Positions 20,079-26,918 of a DNA stretch of 59,423 nucleotides are shown here, in pieces. Each line of letters begins with the position of its first letter. Position 1 is the stretch's first letter. The position numbers and the translations under genes are program-made. This DNA comes from a virus, in the IMG/VR virus record IMGVR_UViG_3300000271_000010, positions 72,958-132,380 of that record; one strand, 5' to 3'. The notes under the pieces are model-generated. The model saw nothing but the letters and a program-made list of their open reading frames with translations. It was not told the origin of the DNA and searched no databases.

Positions 20079-20378
20079 ATGGCAACGCTGACCCTCAAGA
20101 CCGCCCGCCCCGCCGCCACCATCCGCGCCGAGGCCATCGCCTACGACCGCATCCCCGCGAGCGCTGCCGAGCGCGCCGCCGCCCTCGCCCTCCTGATCGA
20201 CGGGGACGCGTGGACCCTCGCCGAATACGTCGCGTGGATCAACCGCGACGCCACCACCTTCGCCCTCATGGGCGCGGCTGAGTGGGCCGAGCGCGGCATC
20301 ACCACCGCTTCCGCCCTTGGCGACCTTCTGGACGCCGAATGCGAGCGCGAGCGCCGCAAGGAGGCCATGTATGGCTGA
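20079..20378 (+). CDS. Ala-rich cassette hypothetical protein
   Basis: RBS and ATG after the promoter. Confidence 0.75.
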   Translation: MATLTLKTARPAATIRAEAIAYDRIPASAAERAAALALLIDGDAWTLAEYVAWINRDATTFALMGAAEWAERGITTASALGDLLDAECERERRKEAMYG

Positions 20379-20550
20379 TCTATGCCCCTGCGGGCAAAGA
20401 CACCGCCGCAACAAGGCCGCTTGCGCCATCGCCGCCAAGGCTGAGGCATGGGGCGCAAGTGTGTCGTGGTCGAATACCCCGGACGATATGTGCCATCAAA
20501 TCACCTTCACCCCTGACGAATTAATGGGCTGGCTCGCGGACAACCGCTGA
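20371..20550 (+). CDS. cassette hypothetical protein
   Basis: AAGGAGG RBS, ATG 20371. Confidence 0.65.
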   Translation: MADLCPCGQRHRRNKAACAIAAKAEAWGASVSWSNTPDDMCHQITFTPDELMGWLADNR

Positions 20551-20665
20551 GCCAGTCAACGTTAGTGTTTCGTTAAGGTTAACCAATCCTGAAACTTGGT
20601 GGAAAAAGTGCTTGCCCGAATCAGTGGAGCGCCCTAGACCGGGCTGACCAACACGGAGATTTTCT

Positions 20666-20917
20666 ATGACCTCGATTCGCGACCTCGCCCACGCCCGTCA
20701 CCTCGTCGCCACCGGCGAGGCCACCGCCTATATGGCGCGCTCCTCGCAGCAGGCCGAGGACCTGCGAATCGCCTTTGTCGAGCGCTGGGAGGCGCTGGGC
20801 GACCTCACAACCTGCGCTGCCATCGACGAAGGCAAATGGCTGGACAGCCAGATCAAGGAACTTGATTGCGAATGGGGCGACCCTGTTTCACCTGAGTGCG
20901 AATCGCACCTCTATTGA
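20666..20917 (+). CDS. cassette hypothetical protein
   Basis: RBS and ATG after the promoter. Confidence 0.75.
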   Translation: MTSIRDLAHARHLVATGEATAYMARSSQQAEDLRIAFVERWEALGDLTTCAAIDEGKWLDSQIKELDCEWGDPVSPECESHLY

Positions 20918-21074
20918 GGGAGCGGGCTTCGGCCCGCCTCTTGGCTGGTAACGGTTTGTTAAGGTTAACGGCTAGGTGGAATTTGTTAACCATCGAAGTG
21001 GAAAAAGTGCTTGACCGAATCAGTTGCGCCACCTAGAAACGAATCACCGCAATCAAGCGGTTGGAGACAAGACT

Positions 21075-21161
21075 ATGAGCCGTTACCAGAAACGTCGCCT
21101 TGCCGCTAAGCGGGCGCGGATCGCCATCTTTTCCGCGATGATCGCACGGGGCCGCCGCTAA
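21075..21161 (+). CDS. 28-aa Arg-rich peptide (MSRYQKRRLAAKRARIAIFSAMIARGRR)
   Basis: first ORF after the GGAGA RBS; TAATG-coupled to the next gene. Confidence 0.65.
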   Translation: MSRYQKRRLAAKRARIAIFSAMIARGRR

Positions 21162-21430
21162 TGGCTGGCTTCTGGAACCGCGTGGAACTTCTCGAAATGG
21201 TGGAACTCTACGCCGAGGACAACAACGAAATCGCCAGCGAGGACGAACTTTCCAAGCGGTTTGACGAAGAAGTCTTGCCGAGCGTGCTGGAGAAATACAG
21301 CGAGTCCGATACGGTCGCCATTAACGAGGCGTTCAACGACTGGACGGACATGCTCTGTAAGGACGGTGAAATCCATCCCGAACAATACGACTCGTATTGC
21401 TACGTTGGCCGACTGGCGGACGACGATTAA
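21161..21430 (+). CDS. highly acidic cassette protein
   Basis: coupled second gene; EAFNDWTDMLCKDGEI motif. Confidence 0.8.
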   Translation: MAGFWNRVELLEMVELYAEDNNEIASEDELSKRFDEEVLPSVLEKYSESDTVAINEAFNDWTDMLCKDGEIHPEQYDSYCYVGRLADDD

Positions 21431-21548
21431 GGCGAGGGGCTTAGGCCCCTCTCCAATCTTTTACGGAATTGGTGGAAAAAGTGCTTGACCGAATCGGTTG
21501 GCTCGCCTAGAAACGAATCACCGGAAGCAACCGGCTGGAGATAAGGCC

Positions 21549-21695
21549 ATGAACACCTACACCGTCCTCATCAACAACACCCCGTCGGGCATCGTCTCGG
21601 CAGTTTCGCACCGGCAGGCTCTCAAGCGCGCCAAGGCAAAGCATCGCGGCCCGGTTGACGTGATCGGGTTCGTCTCCACCAAGGCGAAGGTTTAA
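21549..21695 (+). CDS. 48-aa basic protein, paralogue of 26346..26615
   Basis: GGAGA RBS; shared G-x-VSAV...A-x-KRA pattern. Confidence 0.7.
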   Translation: MNTYTVLINNTPSGIVSAVSHRQALKRAKAKHRGPVDVIGFVSTKAKV

Positions 21696-21870
21696 GGGAG
21701 GGGCTTCGGCCCCTCTTTCTTTTTGCCTGTTACGATCTGTTAACCTTAACGAATATGGTTAACAAAGTAACGTTTGGCGTTAACCATCAAAGTGGAAAAA
21801 GTGTTTGACCGAATCAGCGAATCACCCTAGTGAGAGTGCATCACTTCCACCCTCCCTAGGAGAACACGCC

Positions 21871-22110
21871 ATGTGCCGCACCGAACGCCTCCCCACCCCG
21901 GCTGCCAGCATCGAAGAGGCCCGCGACCTCTTCAACGACCTGATGGCTGACGAGCAGTATCAGGACAATTTCCGCGAGGCGTTCGAGGACGACGCGGACG
22001 CGTTCCGCGCCTACGGCTTCAAGGCCGATTCCGGGTGCTGTGGATCGGCTGACGTGACCTATCTGATCGATGGGCGCGTCTACTGGATCGGCTGCAACTA
22101 CGGCCACTAA
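21871..22110 (+). CDS. cassette hypothetical protein
   Basis: AGGAGA RBS, ATG 21871. Confidence 0.75.
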   Translation: MCRTERLPTPAASIEEARDLFNDLMADEQYQDNFREAFEDDADAFRAYGFKADSGCCGSADVTYLIDGRVYWIGCNYGH

Positions 22111-22257
22111 AACGAGGGGCTTCGGCCCCTCTATTTTTGCCCTTAACCCGGTGTTAGGGTTAACAGGCTGGGCGAAATCGTTAACCATCAAAGTGAAAAA
22201 AGTGCTTGACCGAATCAGTTGTATGTGAGAAAACGAATCATCAACTGGAGACAGCCA

Positions 22258-22392
22258 ATGCAAAACGTCCGCAAGAACCCCATCGCCGCCTCGCTCGCCA
22301 GCGCCCACCTCGCCCCTCGCAAGGTTCGCGCTCGCAAGGGCAAGGGAGCGTTCCAGCGCTCGCCCAAGCACAAGGGGAGGGCTTGGGCATGA
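22258..22392 (+). CDS. arfA: ArfA-like alternative ribosome-rescue factor, 44 aa (MQNVRKNPIAASLASAHLAPRKVRARKGKGAFQRSPKHKGRAWA)
   Basis: N-x-I-x-x-x-L ... KGKG-x-F-x-R-x-x-KH pattern aligns with the ArfA core (NAIEALL...KKGKGSYMRKGKH); proper RBS; missed by the ORF track. Confidence 0.65.
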   Translation: MQNVRKNPIAASLASAHLAPRKVRARKGKGAFQRSPKHKGRAWA

Positions 22393-22574
22393 CTGAGCAA
22401 TACAAACAGGGTTGGAAAGCCCACCTAGCAGGCGACGGGCTGAAAGACTGCCCTTACCCCAAAGGATCGACCGAGGCCCGGCGCTGGTGCTGCGGCTGGT
22501 ATGAATGCAGGGACGATCCCACAAGAGCCGCTGAGGCTGGGACCGAGGAATATCTGAGGCAACGGGGATATTGA
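22389..22574 (+). CDS. Rmf/CrpP-fold protein (ribosome modulation factor-like)
   Basis: YKQGWKAHLAG...CPY...RRWCCGW matches the Rmf pattern G-x-x-A-x-x-x-G...CPY...W-x-x-GW; ATGA-coupled to the ArfA-like gene. Confidence 0.65.
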   Translation: MTEQYKQGWKAHLAGDGLKDCPYPKGSTEARRWCCGWYECRDDPTRAAEAGTEEYLRQRGY

Positions 22575-22724
22575 GGAGGGAGGGGCTAAGGCCCCTCTCT
22601 TTTTATCTGGTAACCCGGCGTTAAGGTTAACGGATCGCCCTAATTGATTAACCATTAAAGTGGAAATAGTGCTTGACCGAATCGGTTGTCCATGCGAAAA
22701 CGAATCATCAACCGGAGACAGATC

Positions 22725-22898
22725 ATGAAGAAAAGCCACGACGCCCGTTACAGCATCCGCCTCGAATGGTGTGGACGCGCCACGCAGCAATGGGTCGCCC
22801 GCTTCTGCGGTGATTGGCTGGGCTGCGATGCAACCCGCTCGGGCGCTGAGGAAATCGCCCGCCTTTATGAGCGCGACCGCTGGGCGGTGGCGGCATGA
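22725..22898 (+). CDS. cassette hypothetical protein
   Basis: ATG after GGAGA. Confidence 0.7.
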   Translation: MKKSHDARYSIRLEWCGRATQQWVARFCGDWLGCDATRSGAEEIARLYERDRWAVAA

Positions 22899-23323
22899 GC
22901 GGCGGCTATCGCGTCGAGTCGCATCAGCGTTACGCCTCGCTGGTGGAGGAATTGGAGGTAATACGAGAGAGCATCCAGCAGGCTTTAGAAGCTGTCGCGG
23001 AGGCTGAAATCTTTGCTTTGTCGAAGCGGTTCCCGACCCGGCGAATTGCGTTTGATAGTGGTATGGGTGTATCCCAAATCAACATCAACCGGCGGCATCC
23101 TGACCATAACGACCCTTATGACCGGTGGCACTATTGCGGAGAAGCTGGCACATCAGACCGTGATTGGCCTAGTTGGCTTGAAATTCCCGCCCCTGAACTA
23201 TGGGCCGCGATTCGCGTCTATGAAGAAGAAGTTTCCGACAAAGGGGCTGATCCGGGACTAGGCTGCATCATCTACGAAAACGGAGTCAGGATCAAAGGCT
23301 TGGGAGATGCTTGGCGCGAATAA
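22895..23323 (+). CDS. cassette hypothetical protein
   Basis: ATGA coupling; terminator follows. Confidence 0.75.
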   Translation: MSGGYRVESHQRYASLVEELEVIRESIQQALEAVAEAEIFALSKRFPTRRIAFDSGMGVSQININRRHPDHNDPYDRWHYCGEAGTSDRDWPSWLEIPAPELWAAIRVYEEEVSDKGADPGLGCIIYENGVRIKGLGDAWRE

Positions 23324-23473
23324 CGGGAGGGGCTTCGGCCCCTCTTTCTTTGTTTGTAACCATTCGTTAACCTTAACAAACTACCCGAAATCATTAACCA
23401 TTAAAGTGGAAATAGTGCTTGCACGAATCAGCGAATCGGCCCATACCTGAATCACCAACAACGGAGACAGACC

Positions 23474-23764
23474 ATGCAGACCAACGATCCCAGCGCCGTC
23501 ACCCACCACAACGGTGGCACCACCTTCACCGGTGATGCTATCGACCTCTATCGCGCCGTGACGCTCAAGAGCGCCATCAAGCTGCACCGCGATTGCGGAA
23601 TGATCCCGACTCGCGGTATGACCATCACGAAGATGTTCGCACTCGCCCAGCAGATCACCGGCAAGAAGTATAAGCGCGGCGCACACGATGCGGCCATCGC
23701 TGACCTGACCGTGTGGATCGAAGCCGCCAAGGCATCCATGCCGATCATCGACGAACGCACCTGA
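23474..23764 (+). CDS. cassette hypothetical protein
   Basis: ATG after GGAGACAGACC. Confidence 0.8.
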   Translation: MQTNDPSAVTHHNGGTTFTGDAIDLYRAVTLKSAIKLHRDCGMIPTRGMTITKMFALAQQITGKKYKRGAHDAAIADLTVWIEAAKASMPIIDERT

Positions 23765-23994
23765 AAGGAAAGTGGTTAACGGGGAAGCCCTCCCCGTTAA
23801 CCATATTTCCGGACGGTAACCACTCGTTAAGGTTAACAAAGCGTCCTAAGTTGTTAACTATCAAAGTGGAAAGTAAGTGGAAAAAGTGCTTGCACGAATC
23901 AGCGAATCGGCCTAGACCCGAATCACCAGCCGGCACCTACTGTCTGGCAGAGCAGCAGCAAGGCTCGGCTGGTAACTGACACAGGAGACAGACC

Positions 23995-24156
23995 ATGTTC
24001 GAAGTCAAGACCACCCTGCGGACCTACAAGGTCGATGCCCTTCACATCAACGCCGCTTTCATGGCTGCAAACCTGTTTGCACTGGAAGACGAAGAAATCC
24101 TTTCCGTGGCCTATGCTGGGCCCGTCACCTACATCATCGTGGAGATTGAAGCATGA
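23995..24156 (+). CDS. 53-aa cassette protein (MFEVKTTLRTYKVDALHINAAF...)
   Basis: ATG after AGGAGACAGACC; ATGA-coupled to the next gene; missed by the ORF track. Confidence 0.7.
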   Translation: MFEVKTTLRTYKVDALHINAAFMAANLFALEDEEILSVAYAGPVTYIIVEIEA

Positions 24157-24371
24157 TCAGCAAGAAAGACGCCATCGCAAAGGCAATCGCGGCTGGAGGC
24201 TCGCAGGAAGAGATCGACCGCCAAGCATCCCACTACGTCCGACAGGTGGGCAGTGTGCCTTTCAACAACATGATCCGGGCTCTCAACATGCATTGGTGGA
24301 ATAATGACGTTCACCAGTGGACGCGGCTGGCAGCAGCCCTCACCGCAAGGGGATTGGCGCGAAAGCGCTAA
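24153..24371 (+). CDS. cassette hypothetical protein
   Basis: coupled second gene. Confidence 0.7.
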   Translation: MISKKDAIAKAIAAGGSQEEIDRQASHYVRQVGSVPFNNMIRALNMHWWNNDVHQWTRLAAALTARGLARKR

Positions 24372-24490
24372 TTCCTTAACGGGAGGGGACCATTTGTTAA
24401 GGTTAACGGCCGGTAACAATAAATGGAAAAAGTGCTTGACCGAATCAGTTAACCATCCTAGAAACGAATCAACAGCAACGGAGACACACC

Positions 24491-24703
24491 ATGAAGATCA
24501 AGATCAAGACCACCGCCCGCTACACTGCCAAGCGCAAGGCCGCCATCATCGCCGACGTGGATAACGGCACCACCACCCTCGAAGAGGTTTGCAGCCTGCA
24601 CAACATCACAAGCGAAGAGTTCGAAGGCTGGCGCAAGTCGCTCGACCGCTCGGGACAGCAAGGGCTTCGGATCACTCGCCTGCAACACTACCGGGCAGCA
24701 TAA
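24491..24703 (+). CDS. sciP: SciP-like CtrA inhibitor (DUF1153 family)
   Basis: RYTAKRKAAIIADVDNGTTTLEEVCSLHNITSEEFEGWRKSLDRSGQQGLRITRLQHYR aligns end to end with the SciP/DUF1153 core (RW..RKA.VV..V..G.....EA...Y.L..EEF..W......G...LR.T..Q.YR). Confidence 0.85.
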   Translation: MKIKIKTTARYTAKRKAAIIADVDNGTTTLEEVCSLHNITSEEFEGWRKSLDRSGQQGLRITRLQHYRAA

Positions 24704-24853
24704 GGGAAGGGGCTTCGGCTCCTTTTCCTTTGTCTTTAACCCAGTGTTAAGGTTAACAGATTAGTGGAATTAGTTAACCAATTAGCTGGAAAAAGTGCTT
24801 GACCGAATCGGCGAATCACCCTAGACCCGAATCACCAACAACGGAGACAGCCA

Positions 24854-25111
24854 ATGTTCGACCTCAAGAACCCCGCCAGTGCCAACACCCTGCCCGCCAT
24901 GCTCGCCGGGATCGGCGCGCTTGCCATCATGATCTTGCTGATTATGCCGACCGAAAAGACGGGCTATGCGCTGGAGGCTTACAACAGCCACACTGGCGAT
25001 GTTTACGTCATGGACTACGGACTGTCCTACAGCGACTGTGTGGACGCTGTGGACGATCGCCGCAGCCGCTGGGGCACAGCGATTCGCTGGTCCTGCGCTT
25101 ACAACGGGTGA
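24854..25111 (+). CDS. small membrane-anchored protein
   Basis: hydrophobic LAGIGALAIMILLIM segment. Confidence 0.75.
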   Translation: MFDLKNPASANTLPAMLAGIGALAIMILLIMPTEKTGYALEAYNSHTGDVYVMDYGLSYSDCVDAVDDRRSRWGTAIRWSCAYNG

Positions 25112-25114
25112 CCC

Positions 25115-25279
25115 ATGGAAACCATCGCAGAAATCCGCCACAAACGGGATCGGGCAATCCTGCAACGCCGAATCGGTGAGGAGCGCCGCCGCCACGTCAA
25201 CCAATGCGTTGCCGACATCATCGCACAAGGGAAGATGGAAGAACGCCGCCAGACCATCCGCCGGGAGGACGACCAATGA
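25115..25279 (+). CDS. 54-aa charged helical protein (METIAEIRHKRDRAILQRR...)
   Basis: fills the gap between neighbours; ATGA-coupled to the next gene. Confidence 0.6.
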   Translation: METIAEIRHKRDRAILQRRIGEERRRHVNQCVADIIAQGKMEERRQTIRREDDQ

Positions 25280-25488
25280 TTACCGTCATGAAAGACCGCC
25301 GATTCACCATCGTGGAGCAAGCCGGATACGAAGGGGAGCGCGATATCACAAGCTATCCCACCTTGCGGGAGGCGTTCGCCCATCTGAGCGAACGCTATGA
25401 ACCGGGGGAGACCGAATCGCTTCGCGTTGACATTCGCCAAGACTGGACGGACGAAAAAGGCGAAGAATTTTCCGAATACGTTTATTGA
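25276..25488 (+). CDS. cassette hypothetical protein
   Basis: GGAGG RBS, ATG 25276. Confidence 0.7.
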   Translation: MITVMKDRRFTIVEQAGYEGERDITSYPTLREAFAHLSERYEPGETESLRVDIRQDWTDEKGEEFSEYVY

Positions 25489-25554
25489 TGGAAAAAGTGC
25501 TTGACCGAATCAGATGATCGTGCGAAAACGAATCATCGAAACGGAGACAAGCAA

Positions 25555-25737
25555 ATGACCATCATCTTCACCGCCCTGATCGCCTTTTTCGCCACCACCG
25601 CTTTCGCTATGCTGGCAAGCTGGTTGACCTACAAAGCACCGGCCGCGCCGCGTAAGCCGGAAGTGGTTGAATACACCGGCCCGAACTACACCTTCTACGG
25701 GCGGGAAGTGGCGAAGACCGGACGCCGAGTAATCTGA
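25555..25737 (+). CDS. small membrane-anchored protein
   Basis: GGAGA RBS; N-terminal hydrophobic helix IIFTALIAFFATTAFAMLASWL. Confidence 0.7.
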   Translation: MTIIFTALIAFFATTAFAMLASWLTYKAPAAPRKPEVVEYTGPNYTFYGREVAKTGRRVI

Positions 25738-25910
25738 GAAAAGGCGGGAGAAATCCCGCCTTTTTCTTTATCAGTAAACGGGCGTTAAGGTTAATAAATC
25801 GGGAGAAATTCTTAACCTTAAAAATAACGGTTTCTGGAAAAAGTGCTTGAACGAATCGGCGTTTTCTGGGAGAAGCGAATCTCCTTAAACAAAGAAAGTG
25901 GGTTATCAAT

Positions 25911-26060
25911 ATGGGCGGGTTTCTAGGGAGCCTTATTTCAGGGATCGCAGTGCGTCTAGGCGGCATCGGCTTGTCCGTCTATGTGGGCCTGACCATGGGC
26001 GAGCATATCACCAGCCTATATGGCGGGGTCGTCACCACCATCACCACTGCACTGCGATAG
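25911..26060 (+). CDS. 49-aa hydrophobic peptide (MGGFLGSLISGIAVRLGGIGLSVYVGLTMGEHITSLYGGVVTTITTALR)
   Basis: only ORF after the promoter at 25847; weak RBS. Confidence 0.5.
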   Translation: MGGFLGSLISGIAVRLGGIGLSVYVGLTMGEHITSLYGGVVTTITTALR

Positions 26061-26345
26061 GGTAGCCACCAGCCTAGGGCTGTGGGCTGCGTGCCCGGCT
26101 ATTATGGATCGGGGTCATTTTACGTATGTGTGCGCGCACGCGCCTGCACACTAGCACCCACACCCACCTATAGGCACGGCTGCCCACCCTCGCGCTCGCC
26201 TGCCCCTGACTACCGAGGCCCATGGCCCAGCCCTTCCCCTGCCCTAGCAGGTGGAAAAACAAACTCACAAACTAATTCATTTTGTTATTGATTTGGTAAC
26301 GAATCGATGCGATAAGGGGACATCGAAAGCGAATGGAGAAACAAC

Positions 26346-26615
26346 ATGGCAACCCCGATCCCCACCTTCCGCGTTTACAAGAACAAGAACCTCGTCGGCA
26401 CCGTGTCGGCTGTTACTGAGCAGGACGCTCACAAGCGCGCCTTCCGCAAGTATGGCCGCTGCGAGGTCATGATCGCCCAGACAGATAAGCTGCGCCCCTC
26501 GGGCCGTGTGGAGCGCGCTGACAGCAGCTTCACCCATGGCCGTAGCCCCTACCCGGTTGGCGACTTTGAAGCCCGCAGGCAGGCAGAAATCGCCAAGTGG
26601 AAGGCAGGGGCATAA
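26346..26615 (+). CDS. basic cassette protein, last in the array
   Basis: GGAGA RBS; paralogous N-terminus with the 21549 ORF. Confidence 0.75.
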   Translation: MATPIPTFRVYKNKNLVGTVSAVTEQDAHKRAFRKYGRCEVMIAQTDKLRPSGRVERADSSFTHGRSPYPVGDFEARRQAEIAKWKAGA

Positions 26616-26646
26616 GCCCACCTTTCACTAAACGTTAACCTAAACG

Positions 26647-26678
26647 AAGGGCGAGTCGAGCGATCGACTCGCCCTTTC
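26647..26678. terminator. 13-bp perfect hairpin closing the cassette array
   Basis: AAGGGCGAGTCGA-GCGA-TCGACTCGCCCTT. Confidence 0.6.
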
Positions 26679-26918
26679 GATTCGTTCGCGTGCGAATCGA
26701 TTCGCTACCTTTGCGAAAAAATAGACCCCCTAGGGGACCCGAAAGGGTTACCCCCTGACTCAAAAATCCGGCCCTCTTAGCACCTAGATGAATCAAAACA
26801 GGTAGACATTCTGAAATAGCTGTGCTAGTATCCCTGTCCATGGTCAACTAAGATCATGCAGCAAGTGGAGGGGGACCCAACGCCCCTCCCATCACGCCCA
26901 ACCCACAACAACCCCTCG

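Larger units (their letters stand above)
6430..26345 (+). repeat. dispersed ~100-150 bp regulatory repeat heading ~35 gene cassettes (CtrA-like box, sigma70-like promoter with two GANTC sites, RBS)
   Basis: -35 hexamer (TTGACC or variant) at 6485, 6955, 7798, 8469, 8844, 9325, 9999, 10796, 11360, 12064, 12715, 13105, 13904, 14551, 15470, 16100, 16729, 17296, 18238, 18764, 19650, 20017, 20612, 21011, 21485, 21805, 22206, 22673, 23419, 23890, 24436, 24799, 25501, 25847, plus a degenerate unit near 26251-26345. Confidence 0.95.

Noticed and set aside
21075-21161. Second ArfA homologue (begins MSRYQ like E. coli ArfA)
   Set aside because: It lacks the KGKG motif; a five-residue match is likely coincidence.
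8469-25737. Recurrent 'MTES...', 'LETNH...' and 'MIRSST...' protein N-termini as a protein family
   Set aside because: Artefacts of TTG starts inside the conserved promoter; the real starts follow the GGAGA RBS.
6430-26345. Integron cassette array (GTTAAGG/CCTTAAC resemble attC core sites)
   Set aside because: Matches to GTTRRRY/RYYYAAC are imperfect, there is no attC-length hairpin with extrahelical bases, no integrase is present in the window, and each unit has its own promoter and terminator.
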